DNA of 64,000 nt, taken from assembly GCA_040437565.1 (NCBI GenBank), contig JBDOQK010000013.1, positions 496,001 to 560,000 of the forward strand, in the 5' to 3' direction. The stretch is from Albugo candida (lineage: Eukaryota). This document shows positions 21,623-33,648 of the stretch, in pieces (within the stretch, counting starts at the first letter, position 1; each line of letters begins with the position of its first letter). The notes under the pieces are model-generated. The model was not told the origin of the DNA, made no database searches, and saw only the letters and a program-made list of their open reading frames with translations. A program made the position numbers and the translations under genes.

Positions 21623-24247
21623 ATGATAATTTCCGACGGCGAATTTGGTGTAATGCAGCGTGCGTCCACTAGAGAAGGCGAACAAGACAGTGATACAGGC
21701 TCTCCAATTGCAGAAAGAACACGTACGAAATTATCATTGGAGAACGTATCATTGGATCAACTCGAATCATACCTTGAAGAACTCTCTGACAATGAATCGA
21801 TCATTTTTGAGGCACAAGAAGTTGGTGATCATGGCGCTTACCAACAGTTTTTGGCGTCTCTATTACCGCAAGAAACAGAAAATCTCTCATTTCTGGATGT
21901 GGGACGTCAAGTAGAAGAAGAAGATGAGGAAGAGTATGTTCCCGATGACGAAGAAGAAGAGGATCGATCACAACACAATCAAATGCGTATTTCTAAAAAA
22001 GAAGTCGAAGAGCTCATTTTAGACTCGCGCGATTCCAAATTTCAATTACGACAAAAGAAAGAGAGACATAAATTGTCTCGACAGTATATAACTTTATGCA
22101 AAACTTCAGACGATTCGATGTTAAGCAAAACGGAAGGCAAAAATATACTGAATTGTGACGAGAATGTCATGAAATCTGATACTTTACAAGAGAAATACGA
22201 TGTAAGCTTTCCAAGCGAAACTATTGCTAATGAGACCGCCCACTCGCTTCCGAATATCGATAATGAGCTATTTGAACGCATTCGACAACAACTCTATGGA
22301 AGTTTGCAACAGAAGCAATGTGTCCAATTATCTTCACAAATGCATAAACACTTGCAATTATTATTGCAAAATTATTATCATTTAGTCTCCATTAACGATG
22401 ATTTTACAAGCACTAAGGAACAGAGTAGCGTAGGAAGAGAATGCTTTCGACTTTTGGCATTTCTGCAACGACAAAGCAAGCAAGTCCAACTGCATCGAGA
22501 CGCATTACTGTCACGAGTCAGCAATGTTCCCACATCAAAGCAAACAGACGTAGAAGACCTTCCTCCAACTGCCCAGGTGATTCCAGAGGTCAATACTCTC
22601 GAGCACACAGAATTTGATGCACAATTGAAAAAGACAACACCTATCAAACAACGAAGAGTGACAAGAGCACTTTCATCCGCACGCGCGGCAATGACACATC
22701 CTTCCATGTTTGAGCTTGTGGGCGCTGAAACAATTGACACGATTTGTACAAAATTTTCTCAAAAGTGCACAATTGACGAGAAAAAGGATCTTTTGCTGAA
22801 GCATTTATTCTTCTTGGATCGTCATCTTCTACATCCAACAAAAAAAGAATCTAAAGTGGTCTTTAGTCAGGCGGAAGAAAACTTATTACTCGCAGGCGTC
22901 AAACAATTTGGAAATCGAAATGATTCATGGGTACACATTCAACAACACTTTTTACCGACTAAACGACAGGATTTATTACGATCTCGCTTCTTTTATTTGA
23001 TCAGTAAAAGAGCTCTGCCTTCCTCTGAAAATAAAGTCAAAGCGTGGCACAGGAAATTTCCAACTCGCAGAGGTGGAATGTGGCTGCTCGAAGAAGACGT
23101 TTGCATCAGTAGAGGACTAGTCCAGTTTTCTCGTGATCGAGCTTTGTATCACAAAATTGCGTCACAAATGATGCCGTATCGCCACCGAGTCGAAATTCGG
23201 AAACGGGCGGAATTTCTGCGAGGGAATTACAAGCGCCTCTGTACGGAGAAAAATGGATCGAAAAGTGATACAAGAGCTCCGTCAAAGCCTGATGACTTGA
23301 CAAATGCGCCACTTCATGACACTACAGATAATACGATCGGCTTTTTAAAAGCAATGCGCGATCACTATGAGCAGGAGCTGACCCAAAAGGTTAAAAATGA
23401 GCTAAAACGGGCTGCCGATGCAAAGTGTATGAAGCATACAAAAGCACCCGAAAAAAACGTGGTATCTTGTTCCAAAACGGAAAGCGAGACACAGAACAAG
23501 AACAGCCAAGATTCGCTGGATTGTGATCGTAAAACCTTTCACCCTCTTCTCTTTTATACACCTTGGGCGTTGTTGTGTCCAGGCTTGTTACTGGAAAATA
23601 CCTGTACACACAATTTACCGTCACAGGTGGAAGACGAACATATTTCCAATTTCCAGACGAATCGAGAAGCTTTGTTTGAAAAATGGAGCGAAAATGTATC
23701 TGTCAATGTGAATAACGAGGAGATTTGTGATCCGTATCTATTAAATTTTGATGACGATACCGAATTTGAGCAAGAGGAACTGTCAAGCTCCGAGGAAGGA
23801 AGCGAGCAGGATACGAATGTCGACCTTGATGATGACATGCTCACGAGATCGAATGACAGTTACTTCAATGCGTTTTCTTTAAAGCATACTTTGCGTCTTA
23901 GCGATCTTGATCAGCCACCAAATGAGAGAACATTACGAGCGCTCAACGCACTGGAACGTCGAATTTTGGGCAAGTCGACTCAGTTTGATCAAACTTCCGT
24001 CCCGACGGAAACGTACGACAGAGATCACATGACATTAAACTCGGAACGAGATCGATACCGATATAAAATGTTATTTCCGGATGGAGAAAGTTCATCGGAA
24101 GGCGAATTTGAGTGTGAAGAATTGCTCGAGAGCTCAAGCGATACTGAAGATGATATTGTGCGCGATCTCAAGAAGCAACGCTATCACATTGAGGACCACA
24201 TATCCGAAACCACAAACGATATGAAGAAAAGACGCTTTATCGTGTAG
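21623..24247 (+). CDS. GON-4-like / DUO3-like Myb/SANT nuclear protein
   Basis: SPIAERTRTKLSLENVSLDQLE, acidic EEEYVPD, RISKKEVEELI, FSQAEENLLLAGVKQFG..W..IQQHFLPTK SANT repeat; start uncertain (ATG 21623 or 21653). Confidence 0.75.
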   Translation: MIISDGEFGVMQRASTREGEQDSDTGSPIAERTRTKLSLENVSLDQLESYLEELSDNESIIFEAQEVGDHGAYQQFLASLLPQETENLSFLDVGRQVEEEDEEEYVPDDEEEEDRSQHNQMRISKKEVEELILDSRDSKFQLRQKKERHKLSRQYITLCKTSDDSMLSKTEGKNILNCDENVMKSDTLQEKYDVSFPSETIANETAHSLPNIDNELFERIRQQLYGSLQQKQCVQLSSQMHKHLQLLLQNYYHLVSINDDFTSTKEQSSVGRECFRLLAFLQRQSKQVQLHRDALLSRVSNVPTSKQTDVEDLPPTAQVIPEVNTLEHTEFDAQLKKTTPIKQRRVTRALSSARAAMTHPSMFELVGAETIDTICTKFSQKCTIDEKKDLLLKHLFFLDRHLLHPTKKESKVVFSQAEENLLLAGVKQFGNRNDSWVHIQQHFLPTKRQDLLRSRFFYLISKRALPSSENKVKAWHRKFPTRRGGMWLLEEDVCISRGLVQFSRDRALYHKIASQMMPYRHRVEIRKRAEFLRGNYKRLCTEKNGSKSDTRAPSKPDDLTNAPLHDTTDNTIGFLKAMRDHYEQELTQKVKNELKRAADAKCMKHTKAPEKNVVSCSKTESETQNKNSQDSLDCDRKTFHPLLFYTPWALLCPGLLLENTCTHNLPSQVEDEHISNFQTNREALFEKWSENVSVNVNNEEICDPYLLNFDDDTEFEQEELSSSEEGSEQDTNVDLDDDMLTRSNDSYFNAFSLKHTLRLSDLDQPPNERTLRALNALERRILGKSTQFDQTSVPTETYDRDHMTLNSERDRYRYKMLFPDGESSSEGEFECEELLESSSDTEDDIVRDLKKQRYHIEDHISETTNDMKKRRFIV

Positions 24248-24283
24248 TAATTATGGCAAAAGTAGTAGTCGAAAGCATGTGAG

Positions 24284-24832
24284 TCATCTTATTTTACGCT
24301 TTTTTGATTTTTTTCGAGTCGCTACTTTTTGTGAAAGACTCTGAAGAATTAAATTCTCATCGTCCAATTGAGTTTGTGATTGTTGTGACAGCGGATTGGA
24401 AAGCAGTAATTGAGTGCGTCCACTAAGGAGATCACGTAAGCCTTCATCCATTTCGAATTTGACGTGCTCGTCGCGATCAAAGGCTACTGCTGCTTTCATG
24501 CTGGCGGCTCCATTGAATTGCAAACTCTACAAATCTTTGATCAGTTTGAATTTCAATAGCATAGAAACTTACATTGTCATTGACAGCTTCTACTGCGCAA
24601 TTCGCTTCTTGTTTTGTTTTGTATTGGAGAAATATAAAGCCGGGTGCAGTCCTATCCGTTTGATTGTAATGAGCCTAAAGCGTATGGAAACTGATACTCT
24701 GCCTCGTAGATTCTATGTTTGATAATTTACTTTGCTCGATTGAATCTCTCCAAAAGCACCAAAGTATTCTCTGATTTGGCTCTCATTTGCACACAATTCG
24801 GACGGTACATTTCCGAGCCAAATACGACCCAT
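24284..24832 (-). CDS. Single-RRM RNA-binding protein, 3 exons (largely missed by the ORF track)
   Basis: MGRIWLGNVP (RNP2)...YFGAFGEI; intron 24675-24730; PGFIFLQY (RNP1)...EANCAVEAVN; second intron before SLQFNG; basic C-terminus. Confidence 0.75.
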
Positions 24833-24866
24833 TTATTACTCAATTAAGTATATCGCTTATGTGATA

Positions 24867-25945
24867 ATGACGTCCAATGACGATTTTCGGGTGGTCGAGA
24901 GAGATTATATTGACGAATTTATGAGATTTGGAGTCGTTGTGATTCCTAATTTGCTCAGTACCTATGAAATCGAATGCACACGACAAGCTTTCCATCAAGA
25001 TCTCTTACAATACGGCGTTGTGAGTACCATAATGAGCTCATTTTAATTCTATCTGAATTACACTACGGGTAGGATCACACAAATCTCAAGGCGACAGGTG
25101 CCAGCTTGAGCTCGTTATCCAGCACGGGGGGAGCAGGCGGCATCCTCGATCTCTTCTATCCATATTGGCGCTTGAAAATTGCAGAACATGAGCGTATTTT
25201 TGCTACAATGACAGAGCTTTGGCGTCATACGTATGCCGCACAACATCCTGATTTTGCTCATCCGTTTGGGGAATTTGACGCTCAACAGGGATTTATTTAT
25301 ATCGATCGAGTTTGCTATCGGCTACCGGATGATTTGGCTCGATTGCATGGGAAAAAGGCATCTCGACCACTACAACGGTCTCTAACACCTCATATCGACT
25401 GCTGTCCTTCTGATATGTATAATTCCGGGAAGGAATACCCACGATGGAGACCAATTCAATGCATCGCTGTTCTGACAGATAATGTAGAGGAAAACTCGGG
25501 AGGTTTTGAAGCTGTTTTAGGCTTTCACAAAGAATTTGACGCTTATTTTAAACATCAACGGCTTCAGTCCGAATGGTTGGGCGCTGATGCACCAGTTTGC
25601 ATTGGAGACTTCTCACCTTTACGAATGAAAGAAGATGGGTCTTTGATTGCACGATATCGACATATAAGCGCAAGGGCAGGAAGTGTGATATTTTTCGATT
25701 GGAGGATTCCGCATGCCAACAGTTATTACCATAAAGGAACTTATCCTCGAGAAGCTATTTATACCGGATTCTTGCCCAATGTGAGCATTAATGAAAGATT
25801 TGCTGCAGAGCAGTTACGACGGTATCAGAGCCGTTTGCTTCCAACAGATCACTGGCAGAAATTCCATTGTTGTGAGCAATACTCGGAACATGAATTCACA
25901 GATTTAGGCAAACGATTAATGGGAATGATTCCATGGAATCAGTAG
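24867..25945 (+). CDS. Phytanoyl-CoA dioxygenase-like 2OG-Fe(II) oxygenase, 2 exons
   Basis: F..FGVVVIPNLL, LTPHIDC (HxD), GGFEAV.GFH, AGSVIFFDWRIPHAN; intron about 25020-25072. Confidence 0.85.
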
Positions 25946-25962
25946 AGTCGATAGACAATCGG

Positions 25963-26940
25963 TCTCTTCCATCTCATACTATCGATTCAGAAATGTGATT
26001 GTAGAGTCGATTCTGCCTTTAGTTTGCAATCACTTCTTCGTTAAGCTCTTTCGTGTTATTATCGTCACATCCTCCACAAATGTGATTCTTGAGCGCGGAT
26101 GCAAGAATAGAATGAGATTCGAAAGGTCACTGAACTTGGCAAATCTTTTGGATCGATGCAAAGCGCACAAAATCATAAAATTAATCTTTTATGGGAGCAG
26201 CTTCAAGCAGAGAATTCCACTTGCAATAAACCTCACAGGCGTTCCACTGTTTTCTTACAATCAGAGCCAAAATCAGTTGATCATTTTGATAAAGCACAGC
26301 AATTTGCTGATCAAAAGGAACAAGGAGCCTGGAATCTCACTCATACGCTGAATCTTTTGAGTGATCAGGATCGAGTCGTACGAAAAAGAGCTTCTCTTGC
26401 TNNNNNNNNNNNNNNNNNNNNNNNNNNNNNNNNNNNNNNNNNNNNNNNNNNNNNNNNNNNNNNNNNNNNNNNNNNNNNNNNNNNNNNNNNNNNNNNNNNN
26501 NTCTCTTCCATCTCATACTATCGATTCAGAAATGTGATTGTAGAGTCGATTCTGCCTTTAGTTTGCAATCACTTCTTCGTTAAGCTCTTTCGTGTTATTA
26601 TCGTCACATCCTCCACAAATGTGATTCTTGAGCGCGGATGCAAGAATAGAATGAGATTCGAAAGGTCACTGAACTTGGCAAATCTTTTGGATCGATGCAA
26701 AGCGCACAAAATCATAAAATTAATCTTTTATGGGAGCAGCTTCAAGCAGAGAATTCCACTTGCAATAAACCTCACAGGCGTTCCACTGTTTTCTTACAAT
26801 CAGAGCCAAAATCAGTTGATCATTTTGATAAAGCACAGCAATTTGCTGATCAAAAGGAACAAGGAGCCTGGAATCTCACTCATGCGCTGAATCTTTTGAG
26901 TGATCAGGATCGAGTCGTACGAAAAAGAGCTTCTCTTGCT
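25963..26940. other. Assembly gap (26402-26501) with a ~440-bp duplicated flank; representative of all nine 100-N gaps
   Basis: 25963-26401 repeats as 26502-26940. The same pattern occurs at gaps 18425, 31892, 33173, 44577, 55842, 56592, 58690 and 62916. Confidence 0.95.
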
Positions 26941-29134
26941 CTTCAGAAGCAGTATTTAGATCGAGATAAGACATCGTTTATTTCGAAGAATGAGCTCGAG
27001 AGTATGGGCAAACCTCTATTTAAGCGATTCAACGATCCGGTTGAGAAAATTCGAGAAGTCTGCATCCGACTTGTAATTCTTCTGATACAACAGGAAGAAG
27101 ATTTGATGGGTTATCTTCCGTACTTGATGCCAGCAATCACAAAGCGACTGCAATCGCAATACGTTTTTGACGAAGAAAACAACATATTCACACGTGACGC
27201 ATTTCTTCATGATGCTTTTAAACGCGGACGTGTGATGGAAGAACGTGGTGCGACAGTGATGAATCCTCAAGAACCTTCCGAAGAGATTCGTCTTTTGTTC
27301 TTTGGGCTGATTGATACATTACTAAACTGCACATTTCAAAGAAAATCAAGCTCTCTATTACACGCTTATATATTCGACATTCTGCTTCTTCTGATCAGTG
27401 GTATCAATGACCAATACCATGACATTAACATCAAATGCTGTGAGATTCTGTCGCGAATTAGTAATGAAATGGTCTCTGTGATGAAAATTTTTTCTGTGGC
27501 ATTTGTTCGAGGCGTGAAAAGATTGCTTGGTCACCATCTCGCTCGCGTTAGAATCGCAGCTATTAATTGTATCCAGGTTCTAGTCACGTGTCCTGACTAC
27601 AGCAAATGCCGAGGAAGTGGCACAGATGCGATTGATGATCTTTTAGGACATCGTGAAGAAAATGTGATTCCGGTTGCTGCTTTTTATTGTGCGGAAATCA
27701 GAATCAACACATTCGCCAAACTCAACCAAGATGGCAATGTACTCGTTCGAAAGCACTTTTATGCGATGATTATAGATTGGATGTGGAATCTGCCCAACCA
27801 CTTTGATTATGAAGCAAAATTGATGCCTTATATTCTGAGTGCACTGAGTGATGAGAACGAATCGATATCGAATACGGCATTTGAGGCTCTTGAACAAATG
27901 GGAAAGCGATATGAGGAGGAACGAGGAGAGGAAATAATCGAGATGAAGCAGTATAATATTGACGGAAGTAATCCCGCTTTCAACTATCAGCAGCCATTAC
28001 CATCGTCATTTCGTAACAAACGTCCATCATTGGGTTCCAAATTATTTGTACGAAGTCGAACGAGACGATTTCTCGCTACCGTCTTAAAGGAACTTCACAA
28101 TTGGAGATCTCCCACGAAGAAACACGCAGCACGTCTTCTCAAAAATGTCATTGTTTACTCAGAAGAATCGATAACTGTGGACACTCATTCGATCTTACAG
28201 ATACTTTTAGCAAGATGGAAAGATAATGAGCTCAAATCAGACCTGGAAGAAATTGCCGAATTAACTGGTAGATTCTCTTCGCCAGATACCTACATGGATC
28301 TTGTGTTGGGATTTCTCCGCGTCGGATCCGCCAAGACTCAGTGCTTGACGTCCGATTTATTGCAAAGTGTCCTTGGGATTCTGGAACGTCTGATTATCGG
28401 CTCACTTGATCAAAGTGTCTTACCGCACATTGGAGTGGTTGTGAATGTGATTTCGGTACCTCTTATTTTGACCTTTACCCAAAAAGAAGTGAAAAAGTGT
28501 CTTGTGAATGTATCCCATCTTCTTTGCGAGATTCTGAGCAGTATAAGAATTCTACTCATGTGTTGATTTGATACTAATACACATGTGATAGGAAGAGGAT
28601 CGGATGCAATCACTGCTCACTTTTTGAGCTGCGGACGAATTCACGGCATGTATCAAATGATGAAGCGGCTTGTATATATTTTCTTACATTTTGTGAGCGT
28701 CAACAACAAAAATGAATCACAGTTTTCAATGCGGTAAGTCTCAAGCGTGTAGGGCGGAGACAAAATGTTTGAAATCATTTTTATGTGCGTTTTCTAGCGC
28801 TGAAGAATCGTTACAATTGTTGACCAAGTTGCATGAATATGAAGACATCTCCGCCTTATATGAAAAGTACTTTGACTCACTATGGAAGGAGCTACTTGAC
28901 AACGTGCGGGCTGGAAGCTTGGAAAAAGCTTCTGCAGAATGCTCAGTATTTAGTACATTGACTGCCATACAAGCATTGGGCGATCAAGTCTCTCCGAAGC
29001 TTTTAAAGGCTGATACGACTCAGCGTCATCTTCGAGAAGTCATCCAAGAGATGAATATATTTGAAGCAGATTCCAGCGACGAAAGCAGAATCGCCAAACA
29101 ATTGAATGTCCTCCGCGCTCTAATAATGAAATGA
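26695..29134 (+). CDS. HEAT-repeat protein, DNAAF5 (HEATR2)-like dynein axonemal assembly factor
   Basis: KPLFKRFNDPVEKIRE, EPSEEIRL, H..ARVRIAAI, LMPYILSALSDE, RPSLG.KLFVR; 3' exons approximate. Confidence 0.75.
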
Positions 29135-29203
29135 ACTGAAAAATACGATGCTACAGGAGTTTGGTCTGAATTTTGTATTGGAACTTATAGCGCAAACATC
29201 GAA

Positions 29204-29434
29204 TTATTCTTGTTTTAGCTGAGTTTGTTTCTGTCGAGATGCGAGCCAATTACGTCGAACAAGGTAACTCCATATGACACACGGGAAAAATGGAATCAAT
29301 ATGACGTAAAATCCATCCACTGCGTCTGTGTAATGTGTAAGTCCATATAGTAGCAAACACAAAACGCTGCAACACGTGTATACGTAATGAACGAAATTAT
29401 AATTGATCGTAGCTGACGGAGTGAAAATTCCCAT
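29204..29434 (-). CDS. Small two-TM membrane protein, 76 aa, unknown family
   Basis: ATG ORF with two hydrophobic segments and a basic tail; fills the space between two conserved genes. Confidence 0.6.
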   Translation of the reverse strand: MGIFTPSATINYNFVHYVYTCCSVLCLLLYGLTHYTDAVDGFYVILIPFFPCVIWSYLVRRNWLASRQKQTQLKQE

Positions 29435-29607
29435 TATGGAAAAGAACCGTATCCAGCAAAAGTGATGAGCCCTGTCGCATCTCGCACGAAATTCGACAAT
29501 TACTTATTTCAAATGTATTGTTAACAAACACGAGCGTTCGGAACAGCTTTTGTGAAAAAGTATGATTGCGCTAATTGCCATTTTCATAGCATCTCCATAA
29601 AGATCAC

Positions 29608-31840
29608 TCACATAAGCTCACTAATCGCAAGCACGAAGGATTAGTACAATCGATAACTGCATAGGAACACAAACGTACTATGCAGGTCCGCCGCCACCTT
29701 CGGGTACAGTCCAATCAATGTACTCTTCGGGTGTTTTAATGGAGCAGCATTTACAGTGGACACAATTCTGTGCATTAATGACCAATTGAGGAATTCCATT
29801 TGCTTCGCTACCGTCCGTATATTCGTACACTTTTGCAGGGCAAAATCGTTGCTCCGGTCCAGCATACACGGGGTAGGAGACTTGTGTCGGGGCTGAAGCT
29901 AATTTTGGCTTGATACGCAAATGAGGCGGTTGGTCATGATTGTGATTTGTGCCACTACGCTGCAAATTTGACAACAAGTCGAAAGAGATGACTCCATCAG
30001 GTTTCGGATACTCGATTGGAGCAAAGTCTTTGGCAGGTCGTGTCTTTGCTGAATCTGGAATTTTGTTCGGGATCGTCCACGGCTCTTTACCTCTTGCTAT
30101 GAAAGAGCTGAATGCTGCGTGTAACAGACCAGGTAATAGACCATAGTGGAAAGCAGCGTGTACGTTCCGAACAGGTTTGAGTTCCTCGATAATCCATGAC
30201 TTTTCCACTGAGCTCTCGTAGCTATTGAGCAGTATCAGACATAGATATTGTCAATTCTTTGGAATGAGTCAACAGAGACGACTTACCTAGATATATCAGG
30301 TGGCGGCGCGGTGAGATCGATTTCAGCTGATTCGCCAGCAGTACTTGCTAATGCATTATATACTGCTTCCGCAGCCAGCATACCGGACTTCATTGCAGTA
30401 TGTGTTCCTTTGATCTTCACAGAGTTAAGAAATCCAGGTGCACATCCAATCAAAGCTCCTCCGGGAAATGTCAATTTTGGAATCGCATGATACCCTCCCT
30501 TTCGTATATGTCGCGAGCAGTGAAATTCCGTTCAAGAAACTGGATACATAGATTTTACCTCATTCAGACAACGCGCACCATATGCAAGACATTCGCCTCC
30601 ATCTAGCATTTCTTTGATCGAGGGATGCATTTTGAATCGTTGGAATTCTTCATAGGGATTTATATAGGGATTCTCGTAATCGAGTCCAACCACCAAACCA
30701 ATCTGAACCAAATCCTCTTCCATATGGTACATAAAGGATCCTCCAAATGTCTTGTCAAGTAATTTGTTTTGCAAAGGCCAGCCGAGTGTGTGCTGAACGA
30801 GCCCAGGGTGATGTTTATCCTTCGGAATTCGCCATACTTCTTTGACTCCAAGGCCATAAGTCTGCGGTTGTGTATCTTCACCTCGTAATTTAAACTTTCG
30901 AATCACTTCTTCACTACAAGAGCCTCGGCATCCTTCTCCAAGTAAAGTCTACGCAAAAAATCCATTGTATTTCATCCAATGCATCAATAGAGTCGAACGT
31001 ACAGTGCGTGCACGTAGTTCCATCCCACGGGCAAACGTGCTTTTTGGTTTTCCATCTTTCCCAATTCCGACATCTCTAGTCGCGATTCCGTACACTGCAC
31101 CATCTTCCCGGTACAACACTTGAGCAGCAGAGAAACCAGGATAGATCTCCACACCCAATTCTTCTGCCTGTTCTCCAAGCCATCTCGTCAGTTTACTCAA
31201 GCTGATAACATAATTTCCTAGATTGTGCTGGATGCATATAAAATTTCAGCAATCAAGACACAAATTCCATGTAAATGAACCTGTTGTGGTGGTAAGAGGA
31301 AATTTGGAAGTTTCCAGCTTTTCTTCTCCGATAGAAACAGAAAGGAATCTTGGGTGACAGGTGTGTCCAAAGGTGCCTTCTTCTCTTTCCAATCAGGAAT
31401 CAATTCATCCAGTGCACGAGTTTCAAAGACATTGCCTAATAGGTTCGGATCGATCACTCACTCTCTTTGTCATAATTTGAAGCGAAATGATACCTGATAC
31501 GATGTGAGAGCCAATCTCTGCTCCTTTTTCGATCACACACACTGACAAATCCGTCCCTTTCTCCAGCGATAATTGTTTCAAACGAATAGCCGCTGATAAG
31601 CTAGCGGGTCCTCCACCAACCTGACAACATCTTTGAGCTTGGATGCAACAAAAGGGATATAAGTATTCTTACAAGTAACACATCATAGTCCATTGCCTCA
31701 CGCGGCGCATTCATTTGCTCTTTTTCTTCATCCGTCAAAACAACTGTTGTGAAATGACAAACTGATGATCGAGTTGGATGGTTAGACCATCTCGTGATTG
31801 GTCGTTGCCTAGAAAGACTGCAAATTGATCGAAAAAACAT
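29608..31840 (-). CDS. ETFDH: Electron transfer flavoprotein-ubiquinone oxidoreductase, multi-exon
   Basis: [103 protein letters not shown]. Confidence 0.95.
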
Positions 31841-33648
31841 ATCCTTCTTGCGGTCGCTTTATTCGATCCAATTTATAATTGGTGTAGGAACNNNNNNNNN
31901 NNNNNNNNNNNNNNNNNNNNNNNNNNNNNNNNNNNNNNNNNNNNNNNNNNNNNNNNNNNNNNNNNNNNNNNNNNNNNNNNNNNNNNNNNNNATTCGATCC
32001 AATTTATAATTGGTGTAGGAACACAATTTTGTTTTCACACTTTTTTGCTGTAGCCGACCAGCTCATTTCGCTTATGGACAGATTTCGCCAGCTTTTGAGA
32101 TGCAAATGACTCGCAACAGTCTATACTTTGCAACAACACAAGTATACAATGTCATCGGCACTAATTATACTCTATAGGAGCATGCATGGATGCAAATACA
32201 CCACGGAATTTGTAAAGAAAATAACAAGCGATTTTAGAAGCGATTCGATACATTATATATGCATCAGAATTTGTGGAATACAGGAAAAATCATATATTGA
32301 CTTGAAACAGCGCTTAAATTAAAAAAATTGTGCTTTTCAGTCACCACTACCGGCTTGAGACGAAAATCTCAACACATTATCAAAGTTGTTTTTGGAAAAG
32401 GTCGATAGGTATCCAACAGAGAACTAGCCTCGATGGCTTACCGTTGCCCTCTGATGGCTTACGGTTGTTCTCTGCCAAATATTCATTTTTCATCTACATA
32501 GCGTTGCTATTATTATCGTTTTCCTTATTTGGCAGCCTTTGATTCCACCGTCCTATCTTTAGTCTTACCCTATTGCGTGAGCACCAAACTTTTTTGCATT
32601 TCTGTTCACCTCAGAATGCCAGTGCCACAGGGTCTTATTCCAATTTAAGAAAGCGTCCCTAAATATCTTATCTCCTCCATCAAAATGGATAAATGAGCGC
32701 TTAAGGGACACTTACTTATCATCATCGCAAGTGCTCGATTTTCTCAACAAACCTTTAGCTTCAAGTCGCAAATAAATGGAACGGTGCGTTTAGAGATTGA
32801 TATATAATCAACCCTCCATACTAATGTCACATTTGTGTTCAAAGCAGCCCTTGCACTCCTAGAAAACGATTGGCAAACGCATTAGAAGCAGACCGAGAGA
32901 ACTCGATTCTATACGCGCGGTACTGGAATCAGGATACTCCAAATGCTCAAGATGATAAGGATACAAAGCCCCTAAATTTGAAGACATTTTGTAGCGATTA
33001 TATTCACACAGTTGTGACACAAGTTTTGAGTCCCAAGAAGGCAGCAGTAATCAGATAAGAAAGATCAACTGATTGATAATATTCCCAATTCGATGAACTA
33101 TCCTACACTGTGTTGCCTCATCCCATTCACAGCGTGTCTTCACCGCAAAAACAGTCGAAATATTTATTTAGANNNNNNNNNNNNNNNNNNNNNNNNNNNN
33201 NNNNNNNNNNNNNNNNNNNNNNNNNNNNNNNNNNNNNNNNNNNNNNNNNNNNNNNNNNNNNNNNNNNNNNNNGCAAACGCATTAGAAGCAGACCGAGAGA
33301 ACTCGATTCTATACGCGCGGTACTGGAATCAGGATACTTCAAATGCTCAAGATGATAAGGATACAAAGCCCCTAAATTTGAAGACATTTTGTAGCGATTA
33401 TATTGACACAGTTGTGACACAAGTTTTGAGTCCCAAGAAGGCAGTAGTAATCAGATAAGAAAGATCAACTGATTGATAATATTCCCAATTCGATGAACTA
33501 TCCTATACTGTGTTGCCTCATCCCATTCACAGCGTGTCTTCACCGCAAAAACAGTCGAAATATTTATTTAGAATGATCTGTAGCTAAAACGATTGGCTGT
33601 ATCGAATATTGGTACAAGTTTTAAGGTGAACGCACTTAAAGCAGGTCG

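Noticed and set aside
25963-26940. Apparent tandem duplication of the DNAAF5-like 5' end (ORFs 26156 and 26695)
   Set aside because: The copies flank an exactly 100-N gap, as at all nine gaps. This is an unmerged contig overlap rather than a real duplication.
32432-32474. Two-copy ~21-bp tandem repeat GATGGCTTAC(C/G)GTTG..CTCTG
   Set aside because: Only two imperfect copies, with no supporting context.
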